From NCBI GenBank assembly GCA_965214835.1, contig CBDCCK010000002.1, positions 3,136,001-3,200,000 of the forward strand: DNA of 64,000 nt, in the 5' to 3' direction. Below are positions 29,221 to 38,845 of this stretch, piece by piece. The notes beneath the pieces were generated by a model that was not told where the DNA came from, made no database searches, and worked only from the letters and a program-made list of their open reading frames with translations. This stretch comes from Nitrosopumilaceae archaeon (GTDB taxonomy: Archaea; Thermoproteota; Nitrososphaeria; Nitrososphaerales; Nitrosopumilaceae). Positions within the stretch are counted from its first letter, which is position 1. Every line of letters begins with the position of its first letter. Position numbers and translations under genes: made by a program.

Positions 29221-29832
29221 CTATGTCCCGTGGATTTCACTGCCGTACTCCCTTTCTATTGCCGAGCTTGACAGCGCTGGAATCGGCGACTGCAGCCTGG
29301 CCACGGTCACTCCCAGGTTGATCTTTTTACAGCCGTCAATGATTGATCTCTCCTGGTGCGCCTGATCATATCCCAGCGCGATAATCTGCGGCCTTATCAG
29401 GTCTACCGTCTTGAAGATATCAGAGTCATCGCCCACTACTGCGGCATCAACTATCCCCAGTGCGTCCACAAGGAGCCTTCTTTGATCCTGGTTGTGCAAC
29501 GGCCTGCGCTTTTTCATCCTTACCGCGGTGCTGTCTGTCGCTATGACTACCACCAGGATGTCCCCCAGCTTTTTTGCCTCGTTTAGCGTGTGTATGTGGC
29601 CCGGATGGATTATGTCAAAGACGCCCCCGGCCAGGACGATCTTTAGCATCCCCCTGCCCTTGGCTGAGATTGATCCCGCGCCCGGCTCTACCAGTCCCCC
29701 GGACTCTAGGCCTTCCAGCGACTTGGCTGCCTCCGGCCCGGCATGCCTTTTCTCAAGGACGTCTCCCAACTCCTGTCCCGTCAGGCCCGCGATGTACAGC
29801 GACGACAGGGCCTCCCTTTCCTCCCGGTTCAC
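29221..29832 (-). CDS. Cytidylyltransferase-family FAD synthase (RibL-like) with N-terminal extension
   Basis: GGVFDIIHPGHIHTLNEAK, IIALGYDQ, LSSSAI. Confidence 0.85.
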   Translation of the reverse strand: MNREEREALSSLYIAGLTGQELGDVLEKRHAGPEAAKSLEGLESGGLVEPGAGSISAKGRGMLKIVLAGGVFDIIHPGHIHTLNEAKKLGDILVVVIATDSTAVRMKKRRPLHNQDQRRLLVDALGIVDAAVVGDDSDIFKTVDLIRPQIIALGYDQAHQERSIIDGCKKINLGVTVARLQSPIPALSSSAIEREYGSEIHGT

Positions 29833-29870
29833 GTACTAGTACACGGCCCGCCCATTCATTAACTCATCGA

Positions 29871-30908
29871 CTACATTTTTGGATCTATGCCCCTGGCCAT
29901 GCGTAGCGCGTCGACTAGGCCGTCTGCATACCCTATGCTCAGGACTGCAACCTCGTCTTTTCCCTCCTGCAAGAACAGCTCCGCGTCCCTGATGTACAGC
30001 TCCGCGTTCTCTATGACCGGCCCAAACTCCTTTGAGCCCTCATAATGCGGCGCGATCTCCTTCAGCGCCTCTCTGACCATCGGGACATATTTTTCGATCA
30101 TTTGCGAGGAGATCTTTTTTGCAGCATCCGAGTTGTTGCAAGGCTCATCCAAGCACCGCGTCAGCGCCCTCAGCGCGTCGGCCTCCGTAAAGTGCATCCT
30201 GCCCGGGATGATTATTGCATGCGGGGGGCCTCCAAAGTCCGTCTCTGCCAGCCTGGAGACCCTGCCCGATATGATGCCCTGATCCCTGAGCCCGATCCGC
30301 GACGCCACTATTGCAAACGTCTCTGAGCCGATCACCTTCCGCATCTGGCCCCGCTCTGCCCCCAGAAGGTGCCCCAGCGCCGTTTTTGGATCCAAAAAGA
30401 GATCCCTGTCCTGGTCGTACTCTAGCAGCAGTACGGTGTGGTTTCCCTCAATGAGGTTCCTATATACTATGTAGTATGGCGTAGTCACCGACGCGGGATC
30501 ATCCATGACCGTTGCAATGCGTCCGACCTTGTAGTAGTGTAGGCCGCATTCCCCTATCATGGAGGTGATCGACGAGGCGCCGTGGACCGTGCCGGTCTTG
30601 ATTCTGCCCTCCAGCGCTCTGATCCTCAGCTCCACGTGCGTGGTCGCAATGTACGGATCCCCGTATGACAGCAGGGCGACCTTTTTCACTTTTGCGTTTT
30701 TTAGGATCTCGCCTCCGTCCTCGACCGTCCACCTTCTTGCAAGCCTGAACTCCCCCCTGACATGCTTTTTTATCCTCGAGAGCTCCGCCTTGGCGACAGG
30801 ACTGGTAAACTGCTCCAGGTATACGAGATCTGCCTCCTCGATTATCCTCAAGCCCTCAACGGGGATCGAGTCATAGCCTGAAATCCCGGTTCCGACAAAC
30901 CAGAGCAT
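29871..30908 (-). CDS. dph5: Diphthine synthase with C-terminal DUF357-like domain
   Basis: MLWFVGTG, YLEQFTS, GDPYIATTH, GLHYYKVG; C-terminal IGYADGLVDAL. Confidence 0.92.
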   Translation of the reverse strand: MLWFVGTGISGYDSIPVEGLRIIEEADLVYLEQFTSPVAKAELSRIKKHVRGEFRLARRWTVEDGGEILKNAKVKKVALLSYGDPYIATTHVELRIRALEGRIKTGTVHGASSITSMIGECGLHYYKVGRIATVMDDPASVTTPYYIVYRNLIEGNHTVLLLEYDQDRDLFLDPKTALGHLLGAERGQMRKVIGSETFAIVASRIGLRDQGIISGRVSRLAETDFGGPPHAIIIPGRMHFTEADALRALTRCLDEPCNNSDAAKKISSQMIEKYVPMVREALKEIAPHYEGSKEFGPVIENAELYIRDAELFLQEGKDEVAVLSIGYADGLVDALRMARGIDPKM

Positions 30909-32038
30909 TATTTCCTCTGCATCTTTTTGTCGTGAAGTCGCTTGAGGTGCTGCAGCGTCCTTTTGAGCACCTCGATTCCCCGGAGATACTCGTCAATGGA
31001 GACCCTCTCGTCAACCGTATGCGCCTGGTGCGGATCCCCCGGGCCGTATGTTACCACCGGAATGTTCAACTGGTTGCCGATTACGTTCATGTCCCCGGTT
31101 CCCGTCTTTCTGATCAGCATGGGCCTCGTGTCCTCCACATCTAGGATTCCCAGGGTGAACGCGCGAACCAGGGGCGAGCTGTGCGGTGCCTCGAAGGGCT
31201 CGGTCTCATCCAGTATAGAGTAAAACGCCTCTACCTCCCTCTCCCTTGCAATCTCGCTTACCGCGCCTGCGATTTTTTCCTCCACTGCCTTGCAGTTCAT
31301 GTCGACGGGGATCCGGATGTCCACAGTCGTCTCGCATTCTTTGGGCGTTACATTGTGGCTGGTTCCTCCCTTGATCTCGGTTATGGTGGCAGTCAGCAGC
31401 ATGCCCTTTTTGCGATCTGCCTGGCCGGACTCTAGCGCGTCCTTGAGCCTTGCTGCAAACAGGGCGGACTCTTCGATTGCGTTTTTTGCCAGCCACGGCG
31501 CGCTGGCATGCGCGCTGTCCCCCACACTGATCCGCAGGCTGATTGCCAGGCGCCCCTTGTATGCAATCGTGACCTGCTTTAGCCCGCTTGGCTCCCCAAA
31601 AATGGCATAATCGACGTCCAGATCCTGCTTTACTAGGTTCTTGATGCCGGCCGCGTTTCCCTCCTCGTCCACTGCGCCAACAAACAATACCGTCCCGCTG
31701 TTGTTCTGTACTGCGGCTGCGGCAAACAGCATTGCCATCAGCGGCGCCTTTGCATCCGAGGCCCCCCTGCCGTAAAGGACGTCCCCCTCCCTCCTTACCC
31801 TGATCTTACCGGGCACTACGTCCATGTGTCCGCACAGCATGATCTTAGGCGAGCCCGAGCCCTTTCTTGCCAGGATGTTTCCCACCTCGTCAATCCTTAT
31901 GTCCTCAAAGCCCAGATCGTCACACTTGTCTGCAAGAAACTCCGCCATCGGCTTTTCACAGAGTGACGGCGTGTACAGGCGAAGGGACTTTTCAAGCATC
32001 TTTACTGCGAATCTGGGAGTTACGGCAAAGGTGTCCAA
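30908..32038 (-). CDS. lysK: [LysW]-lysine/ornithine hydrolase (M20)
   Basis: CGHMDVVPG, GRGASDAK, DEEG, GEPSG, GTGDMN; in LysW cluster. Confidence 0.9.
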   Translation of the reverse strand: MDTFAVTPRFAVKMLEKSLRLYTPSLCEKPMAEFLADKCDDLGFEDIRIDEVGNILARKGSGSPKIMLCGHMDVVPGKIRVRREGDVLYGRGASDAKAPLMAMLFAAAAVQNNSGTVLFVGAVDEEGNAAGIKNLVKQDLDVDYAIFGEPSGLKQVTIAYKGRLAISLRISVGDSAHASAPWLAKNAIEESALFAARLKDALESGQADRKKGMLLTATITEIKGGTSHNVTPKECETTVDIRIPVDMNCKAVEEKIAGAVSEIAREREVEAFYSILDETEPFEAPHSSPLVRAFTLGILDVEDTRPMLIRKTGTGDMNVIGNQLNIPVVTYGPGDPHQAHTVDERVSIDEYLRGIEVLKRTLQHLKRLHDKKMQRK

Positions 32039-32040
32039 CT

Positions 32041-32892
32041 TTATCCCTCCGAGCCCAGCGCATAGTCGATCATCATCGAGGGAATGTCCACCTCGCAGAC
32101 CCTGACGGTGTTCTTGTACTCTGTCGTGTTGTTTACCTCGTGTACCACCAGTCCCCTCTCGTCGCTCTCCATCAGATCCACGCCCACTATCTGTCCCTGG
32201 ACTGCGTTTTTGGCCTTGACACATATATCTTCCATCTCCCCCGTGACCGGGCAGGGCTCGGCCCTTCCCCCCAGCGCCATGTTGGTCTTCCAGTTGCCGT
32301 CGCCTGAGTTGCGGTATATTGCGGCGGCAACCTCGTCTCCCACCATGATGGCCCTGATGTCCCGGGGCGGCCTTTGGACGAACTCCTCCAGGTAGTGGAT
32401 CTGGTAGATCGGGTACATTTTTTCCCGGCCCTCGATGATTCCGTCGGCCGCCTCCCTGTCGTTTAGCTTGGAGATCAGCCTGCCCCAGCTTCCCACCGTC
32501 GGCTTGATTACCATCGGATATCCCTGCGAGTCAAGGGAGTCCAGCGCCGCATCCTTTGAGAATGCCACTGAGGCATACGGCGTGGGAACCCCGGACTTTT
32601 TTAGCAGCATGTGTGTGAACAGCTTGTTTCCTGCAAAGATTCCCGTGTTCAGGCAGTTAATCACGTTTACTCCCATGCCCTCCAGTGCCGCCGTCGAGTG
32701 CAGGTTTCTGTAATAGCTTACGCACCTTTGGAGGACCGGGCCATAGTCGTCTGGGACTTTTTTGTCCAGCTCCAGGGACAGTTTTTTGCAGTCTATGGCC
32801 CGTATGCCGACGTCCTTTTTCCTGCCGGCCTCCAAGAGGGCCTTTTCCTCCCATCGGATTGTATCATAAAGGACAGAGACTCCAGCGGTCAC
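32041..32892 (-). CDS. lysX: RimK/LysX-family ATP-grasp ligase
   Basis: IKPTVGSWGR, RDIR, WKTNMALGG, HEVNNTTEYK; GTG overlaps lysW stop. Confidence 0.9.
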   Translation of the reverse strand: MTAGVSVLYDTIRWEEKALLEAGRKKDVGIRAIDCKKLSLELDKKVPDDYGPVLQRCVSYYRNLHSTAALEGMGVNVINCLNTGIFAGNKLFTHMLLKKSGVPTPYASVAFSKDAALDSLDSQGYPMVIKPTVGSWGRLISKLNDREAADGIIEGREKMYPIYQIHYLEEFVQRPPRDIRAIMVGDEVAAAIYRNSGDGNWKTNMALGGRAEPCPVTGEMEDICVKAKNAVQGQIVGVDLMESDERGLVVHEVNNTTEYKNTVRVCEVDIPSMMIDYALGSEG

Positions 32893-33056
32893 TGCCCCCA
32901 ATCCTCGCCGACCGTTTGGGCAGGCTTTAACTCAAAACCGTCTCCTGACTTTGCAAGCTCAAAGCTTGCGCCGCATTCCGGGCAGGTAACGATTTCCCCC
33001 TCTAGCGCATCGCCTGGGATTGAAATTGCCGCGTCGCATTCGTCACAAGTTGCCAT
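32889..33056 (-). CDS. lysW: LysW carrier protein ending EDWGQ
   Basis: MATCDECDAAISIPGDALEGEIVTCPECGASFELAKSGDGFELKPAQTVGEDWGQ; manual translation. Confidence 0.92.
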   Translation of the reverse strand: MATCDECDAAISIPGDALEGEIVTCPECGASFELAKSGDGFELKPAQTVGEDWGQ

Positions 33057-33067
33057 GCTGTATCTCC

Positions 33068-34243
33068 TTACTGACCGTGTTTGTCATCACTTATCTTCTT
33101 TTCTAGCCTGTCCTCTAGCGGGATTTCCAAAAGATCGCCCATCCTCAGGTTCTTCAGGCCCGCCGCAATGGATCTTGCATGCTCGTCATTTTTGTCCAGC
33201 CCCAGCAGCGTCATCAGGTAGGACGCGCCCGTCTTTCCGGCAAGCTCCCCAAATACAATCCTCCTCCTGTTGCCTACCACCCTCGGGGGAATCGGCTCAT
33301 ACGCTGCCGGGTTTCTCAGGATTGCGGCAAGATGCGTGCCTGCCTTGTGCTTGTATGCCGACATGCCCACGACCGGCTTTGAGTCATATGGCCTGACTGT
33401 GGTGTACTCCTCAATCAGCCTTGAGAGATCCTGCAGCATGTCCAGCCTAAAGTCGTTTGGCGACTTGTAGAGGTATGTCAGTGCGACTGCCACCTCCGCC
33501 AGCGCGGGAATTCCAGTCCTCTCCCCGATTCCGTCGATGGTCGTGTGGATCTGATCGGCGCCCGCATCGCATGCAGCAAATGCGTTTGCCAGCGCAAAGC
33601 CGATGTCGTTGTGCACGTGTGCGTCAAGCGGAACGTCGATTACGCCCCTCACCTTCTTGACAAAGTTGTACATTCCAACGGGCCTCATAATCCCCACGGT
33701 ATCCGGAAGGCTGATTCGATCCACCCCTGCATCCTCAAGCGCGCTGCATACTTTAAGCAGGAATTCCGGCTCCGCCCTGCTTCCGTCCTCGACGGTGAAT
33801 CTGATCCTCAGCCCGTGCGACTTTGCGTACTCTACCGTCCCGACCGCCCTCTCCAGCGCCTCCTCCCTTGAGATCCGGAGCTTGTCCCTGAGGTGTATGT
33901 CAGAGACCCCCAGGTATGCGGCGGCCCACTTTGTATCGCACCTCAGCGTTGTGTCTATGTCCTCCCTGAGCGCCCTCCCGTGCGAGACAATGTCTGCGCG
34001 CAGGCCCTGCCGGATTATTGTCTTGGTCGCCTCCTCGTGATCCTTGGAGACTATGGGGGAGATCTCGATTTGATCAACTCCGAAATAGTCCAGCATCCAC
34101 GCAATCTGTATCCTCTGCTTGTTGGTAAACGACACTCCCGGGTGCTGCTCGCCCTCGCGCAGCGTGCTGTCAAGCACCCTGATCCTTTTTGGATTCTCGT
34201 CATACCCGTTGTACAGGTCTGCATAGTGGTTTGGCTCCATCAT
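33068..34243 (-). CDS. Homocitrate synthase (DRE-TIM family)
   Basis: DSTLREGEQ, HVHNDIG, GIGERTG, HKAGTH; inside Lys/Arg cluster. Confidence 0.85.
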   Translation of the reverse strand: MMEPNHYADLYNGYDENPKRIRVLDSTLREGEQHPGVSFTNKQRIQIAWMLDYFGVDQIEISPIVSKDHEEATKTIIRQGLRADIVSHGRALREDIDTTLRCDTKWAAAYLGVSDIHLRDKLRISREEALERAVGTVEYAKSHGLRIRFTVEDGSRAEPEFLLKVCSALEDAGVDRISLPDTVGIMRPVGMYNFVKKVRGVIDVPLDAHVHNDIGFALANAFAACDAGADQIHTTIDGIGERTGIPALAEVAVALTYLYKSPNDFRLDMLQDLSRLIEEYTTVRPYDSKPVVGMSAYKHKAGTHLAAILRNPAAYEPIPPRVVGNRRRIVFGELAGKTGASYLMTLLGLDKNDEHARSIAAGLKNLRMGDLLEIPLEDRLEKKISDDKHGQ

Positions 34244-34358
34244 ACAGATATCGGTGCCAGGCCTTTGAAATATAAACATAATTGTGCCAAATTCGCCGGT
34301 ATTTCGCCAAAACGATCCGAATACAGGCAAAAAACATGGGTCGCATGCGATACTCGTC

Positions 34359-34778
34359 TTACTTTACCTTTCTTAGGATTATCACGGTATTGGTATCCAT
34401 AACGCCCGAGATTTTTCTTAGCGCGTCAATCGAGGAGTTGATCTCAGAGATGCTCGTGGCGCTAATGATTACCGTGATGTCATACTGCCCCGTGATTTCA
34501 TAGACCGTCTTTACGCCGTCTAGCGCCGTAAGCTTTGAGGATACCTTTGCAGTGTCCGTTGACGAGTCTACGGAGACCAGGACGATGGCGCTAGTCGCGT
34601 TCTCCTCGCCCAGCTCAATCGTGAACTTGCTGATGGTGTTGTTGTCTACAAGGTTTTTTACCCTCCGCCTGACTGCCGATTCTGAGAGCTTTAGCCTCTT
34701 GCCTATATCCACAAACGACTCCCGTGAGTCGTTTTTCAGGTATCCGATGATTCTCTCGTCGATCTTATCCTTGTACAC
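34359..34778 (-). CDS. lysM: Lrp/AsnC regulator LysM
   Basis: LSESAVRRRVKNL HTH, VYEITGQYDI. Confidence 0.88.
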   Translation of the reverse strand: MYKDKIDERIIGYLKNDSRESFVDIGKRLKLSESAVRRRVKNLVDNNTISKFTIELGEENATSAIVLVSVDSSTDTAKVSSKLTALDGVKTVYEITGQYDITVIISATSISEINSSIDALRKISGVMDTNTVIILRKVK

Positions 34779-35946
34779 TTTTCCTCTGCTCCTCGTTGGC
34801 AAATAACACGTCCAGTATTTCTAAAGCTTTCGACACGTCCTCTTCTGTGATTACCAGCGGCGGGAGCAGCCGGAGTATGTTGCGCCCAGAGTAGAGTAGC
34901 ATCAGCCCGCGGTTTATCCCGTCAAGCAAAATATCCCTGACATCGAGTTTCAGCTCTACTCCGATCATCAGTCCCTTGCCCCTTACCTCCCTGATCAGGT
35001 CGTGTCTCTCCTGCAGCCCCCGGAGCCCCTCCATGAGCCTGTCCCCCATCCGCTCCGAGTTCCCGATCAGCCCGTCCTGCGTGATTGCCGTCAGTGCTGC
35101 AGTTCCTGCCGCACAGGACAGCGGGTTGCCCCCGAAGGTCGACGAGTGCTCGCCCTTTTTCATTGCGCTCAGAATTTCAGACCTTACCAGCGTCGCCCCC
35201 ATCGGAACCCCGCCTGCGATTCCCTTTGCCAGGCACAGTATGTCCGGAACCGTCTGCCAGTGCTCTGAGGCCCACAGCCGGCCCGTCCTTCCCAGTCCCG
35301 CCTGGATCTCGTCAAAGATCAGCAGGATCCCCTTCTCGTCGCAAATCCTCCTTGCCTCCTGTAAGAACCCGTCCGGCGCGACGTGGATTCCGCTCTCTCC
35401 CTGTATCGGCTCCATTATGACAAAGCCGGTCTCCTCGGTGACTGCGTCCCTTAGCGCGCCTGCATCCCCAAACGGGGTAAATTGCGGCGCCTCTACGAGG
35501 GGTGCGAATGCCTTTTTGTACTTTGGGTTAAATGTCAGCGATAGCGCCCCCATGGACTTTCCGTGGTAGGATCCCCTCATGGCTATCATGCCTTTTTTGC
35601 CGGTATACCTTCGCGCAAACTTTAGCGCCGCCTCAATGGCCTCGGCGCCGCTGTTGTTGAGATGGACCTGATCCAGTCCCTTTGGTGCAAGCCCCATCAG
35701 CGTCTCAAGGAACTCCTCGCGCGTCTTGTTGTAGACGGAGCTGTGTACCGTGATGATTTTGTCCAGCTGCTCCCTGATTGCGTCGGCCACCCTCTGGTTT
35801 TTGTGTCCGACTAGGGCGACCCCGTATCCCCCCATGCAGTCGACGTACTCCCTGCCGTCTGCATCCCACAGGCGGGCCCCAAGGCCCCTCTCCACCGTAA
35901 CCGGGAAGCGCTGGTACAGGTTTCCCATGTATTGATCCTCAGTCAT
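34765..35946 (-). CDS. lysJ: [LysW]-semialdehyde aminotransferase
   Basis: NSGAEA, EPIQGE, DEIQAG, LAKGIAGG, TFGGNP. Confidence 0.92.
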   Translation of the reverse strand: MTEDQYMGNLYQRFPVTVERGLGARLWDADGREYVDCMGGYGVALVGHKNQRVADAIREQLDKIITVHSSVYNKTREEFLETLMGLAPKGLDQVHLNNSGAEAIEAALKFARRYTGKKGMIAMRGSYHGKSMGALSLTFNPKYKKAFAPLVEAPQFTPFGDAGALRDAVTEETGFVIMEPIQGESGIHVAPDGFLQEARRICDEKGILLIFDEIQAGLGRTGRLWASEHWQTVPDILCLAKGIAGGVPMGATLVRSEILSAMKKGEHSSTFGGNPLSCAAGTAALTAITQDGLIGNSERMGDRLMEGLRGLQERHDLIREVRGKGLMIGVELKLDVRDILLDGINRGLMLLYSGRNILRLLPPLVITEEDVSKALEILDVLFANEEQRKSVQG

Positions 35947-36743
35947 TTTTTAATTACCGTGCAGCTATCCTGCGCTATTGCCGTTGATATAGGATTTTCC
36001 CTCTGCCCGCTCCCGATCAGCGCGGTGGACACCCCCATGTCTAACGCCTCCGTTGCTGCCAGAATCTTCTTCTCCATTCCCGGTCCGATCTTTGGGCGGA
36101 TTTGCCTTGCCTCCTCTAGCGACAGGCCTGTGACTAGCCTGCCGTCCATCAGCAGCCCGTCCACATCTGTGATGAACAGCACCTTGTCTGAGCCCACGCT
36201 TCCTGCCACGTATGCTGCAGCCCGGTCTCCGTCCACGTTGAGAAAGTCCGACTCTTCGCTCATGGCTATGGGTGAGATTACCGGGACAAGCCCCTGATCC
36301 AGCAGCAACCTGACGAGCTTTGAGTTTACCTCTGTTATTTTGCCTGTATACCCGCCATCAATTGCCTGCTTGCGCCCCTTTTCGTTGACGATTAGAAGCT
36401 TCTTTTTTCTGTCTGCCCTCATCACCCGTGCATCCATCCCCGACAGCCCGATCGCGTTGATCCCGTGCTTTTGAAGCATCCTGACAATGTTTTTGTTGAC
36501 CCTGCCGGACATTACCATCGTAAAGATCTCCGAGGTCTCCTTGTCCGTGTACCTGCTTTTGATTCCGCTCGGGGACGTTACAAACCGCGGCTCCTTTCCC
36601 AGCTGTCCCGATACCCGGGTCACCTCCTTTCCCCCGCCGTGGACCAGGATAACCCCCTCCTGCTCTGACACCCTTTTGATGTCCTCCATCGTTGACTCGT
36701 GGAGGCCGTCGACGACGCTTCCTCCGATTTTGATCGTGATCAT
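35943..36743 (-). CDS. lysZ: [LysW]-aminoadipate/glutamate kinase
   Basis: IKIGGS, VHGGG, LNVDGDRAA, TDVDG. Confidence 0.92.
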   Translation of the reverse strand: MITIKIGGSVVDGLHESTMEDIKRVSEQEGVILVHGGGKEVTRVSGQLGKEPRFVTSPSGIKSRYTDKETSEIFTMVMSGRVNKNIVRMLQKHGINAIGLSGMDARVMRADRKKKLLIVNEKGRKQAIDGGYTGKITEVNSKLVRLLLDQGLVPVISPIAMSEESDFLNVDGDRAAAYVAGSVGSDKVLFITDVDGLLMDGRLVTGLSLEEARQIRPKIGPGMEKKILAATEALDMGVSTALIGSGQRENPISTAIAQDSCTVIKK

Positions 36744-36745
36744 TT

Positions 36746-37792
36746 CTATACCGGCGTCAGGGGCGTATACCGCAGTCCGTCCATCTCGTCGAATCCTGCC
36801 ATGACATTCATGTTTTGAATGGCAGAGCCTGCGGCGCCCTTCATCAGGTTGTCTGATGCCGAGATTGCAACTAGCCTGCCGTTGTCCTCGTCCAGGTCAA
36901 ATCCTATATCGCAAAAGTTTGAGCCCACTAGGAACTTTGGATCCGGGAATTTGTAAAGTCCTTTTTTATCACGTATGAGGCGCACAAACCTCTCCTCGCC
37001 GTAGGCCCTGCGGTATAGCCTCCATATCTCCTTTTCATCCATGTCCCCGTCTACAAACGTGTGGTTGGTGCAAAGGATTCCCCTCACTACGTCCACGGCA
37101 TGGGGGCTCATTGAGACCTTGATGTCCCTGCCTGCAATCTCGCTTAGCTCCTGCTCGATTTCCCCGGTATGCCTGTGCTTTGCCGGCTTGTATGGACGGA
37201 TTACGCCTGCCCTCATTGCATGCGCCGTACCGGAGCCCGAGCCTGCGCCAGACGAGCCGATCTTTGAGTCAACGACAATGTGATCGGTGTCGATTAGATT
37301 TTCCCTGACCAGCGGGGCCAGTGCGAGCATCGAGGTCACGGCCATGCATCCCGGGCATGAGACCAGCCGTGCTTTTTTGATTTCCTCCCTGTGCAGTTCC
37401 GGAACGCCGAAGACCGACTTTGGCAGATAGTCGGGGTGCGGATGCTCCCATCCATACCACTTGTCGTATGCCTCCGGCCTGTGCAGCCTGTAATCCGCAC
37501 TGAGATCGATGATTTTGACCCCCCTGTCATACAACGCCTTTACGATTTCCGTGGCAGTGCCGTGTGGGACAGCGGTGAAGACCAGGTCGCAGCTGTCCGA
37601 GAGCCTGTCATAGTCCAGCTCCGAGAAGGTCATATCCGTAAAGCCCTTCAGGCTAGGCTGCACCCTGTGAAGATACTCCCCCACATGCTGCCTTGAGGTC
37701 ACCGCCGTGATCTCTGCCTTTGGGTGGTTTATCAGGAGGCGCAGCGTCTCTCCGCCCACGTAACCTGATGCCCCGACGACGCCTACCTTCAT
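36746..37792 (-). CDS. lysY: [LysW]-phosphate reductase (LysY/ArgC)
   Basis: GASGYVGGE, DLSADYRL, SCPGC, DNLMKGAAG. Confidence 0.92.
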   Translation of the reverse strand: MKVGVVGASGYVGGETLRLLINHPKAEITAVTSRQHVGEYLHRVQPSLKGFTDMTFSELDYDRLSDSCDLVFTAVPHGTATEIVKALYDRGVKIIDLSADYRLHRPEAYDKWYGWEHPHPDYLPKSVFGVPELHREEIKKARLVSCPGCMAVTSMLALAPLVRENLIDTDHIVVDSKIGSSGAGSGSGTAHAMRAGVIRPYKPAKHRHTGEIEQELSEIAGRDIKVSMSPHAVDVVRGILCTNHTFVDGDMDEKEIWRLYRRAYGEERFVRLIRDKKGLYKFPDPKFLVGSNFCDIGFDLDEDNGRLVAISASDNLMKGAAGSAIQNMNVMAGFDEMDGLRYTPLTPV

Positions 37793-37820
37793 GATATACT
37801 CCACCGATATGCAGTATAAT

Positions 37821-38678
37821 TTATTTCCTGACCTGGGATAGGGCGTACTGTACCATTTCCTTTGGTATGTTCCTTTTGGAGACTCTTGCAAGTCCTTTGA
37901 ACTCCACCGTATTGTTTACCTCGTGTACTACAAGTCCCCGATCCCCGTCCTCCATCATGTCTACTCCCAGGATTCCCCCGCCTACCGCCTCTGACGCCCT
38001 TATTGCAAGATCCTCCAGCTCCGGCGTGACCGGGCACATCTCGGGCTCTGCGCCCAATGCGATGTTTGTGGTAAACCCACCCTCGGATCTCCTATACATT
38101 GCCGAGACCACCTGGTCTCCCACCGTAACTGCCCTGATGTCCCTGGGTGGCCTCTGAATGATTTCCTGCAGGTAAAAGATTCTATCGTGCGGGCCGTCAT
38201 TGATTTCCCGCATTTCAAGCACCGCATCCGTGGTGTCCGCGTCCCTCAGCGGGACGACTCCCCGTCCCCAGCTTCCGATCACCGGCTTTATCACCAGCGG
38301 ATACCCGACCCTTTCCAGGTTCTCCTTTGCCGCGCTGGCAGTAAATGAAAAGTATGTCTTGGGCGTCGGGACGCCCCCCTTCTTTAGCAGCAGCGACATG
38401 AACATCTTGTTTCCGCAGCTGCTTGCAACGGCGAAGCTGTTGACCACAGGAACCCCGAGAAACTCCAGCGCCGATGTGAAATGCAGTCCCCGGAAATAGC
38501 TGACACACCTTTCCAAGACGACGTCCCCGAAATCAAAGTCGTCCCTTTTGCTGTCCGTGCTGATTTGCGTGGTTTTGGCGTCAATTGCCCCCGTATCGTG
38601 CCCAAGCCCCAGGGCCTCCTTCTGAAGCATCTTCTCCTCAGACCTCAGCCGGTCAAACACGATGCGGACCCTTGACAT
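37821..38678 (-). CDS. argX: Second LysX-family ligase (ArgX-like)
   Basis: KPVIGSWGR, TNIALG, HEVNNTVEFKG; downstream of the EDWGE carrier and argG. Confidence 0.8.
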   Translation of the reverse strand: MSRVRIVFDRLRSEEKMLQKEALGLGHDTGAIDAKTTQISTDSKRDDFDFGDVVLERCVSYFRGLHFTSALEFLGVPVVNSFAVASSCGNKMFMSLLLKKGGVPTPKTYFSFTASAAKENLERVGYPLVIKPVIGSWGRGVVPLRDADTTDAVLEMREINDGPHDRIFYLQEIIQRPPRDIRAVTVGDQVVSAMYRRSEGGFTTNIALGAEPEMCPVTPELEDLAIRASEAVGGGILGVDMMEDGDRGLVVHEVNNTVEFKGLARVSKRNIPKEMVQYALSQVRK

Positions 38679-38845
38679 TACTCTCCCCAGTCTTCGCCTA
38701 CGCTTTCTGCTTCCTTTAGCTCCACGCTGGATCCTTGCTTCTTTGCGATCTCATAGTCTGCACCGCAGTCCGGGCAGGATACGATCTCGCCTACGGCTGC
38801 GTCATCTGGGATTGCCATATCTGCGTCACATTCTGGACAGTTCAT
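38678..38845 (-). CDS. lysW: LysW/ArgW carrier protein ending EDWGE
   Basis: MNCPECDADMAIPDDAAVGEIVSCPDCGADYE...VGEDWGE; manual translation. Confidence 0.93.
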   Translation of the reverse strand: MNCPECDADMAIPDDAAVGEIVSCPDCGADYEIAKKQGSSVELKEAESVGEDWGE

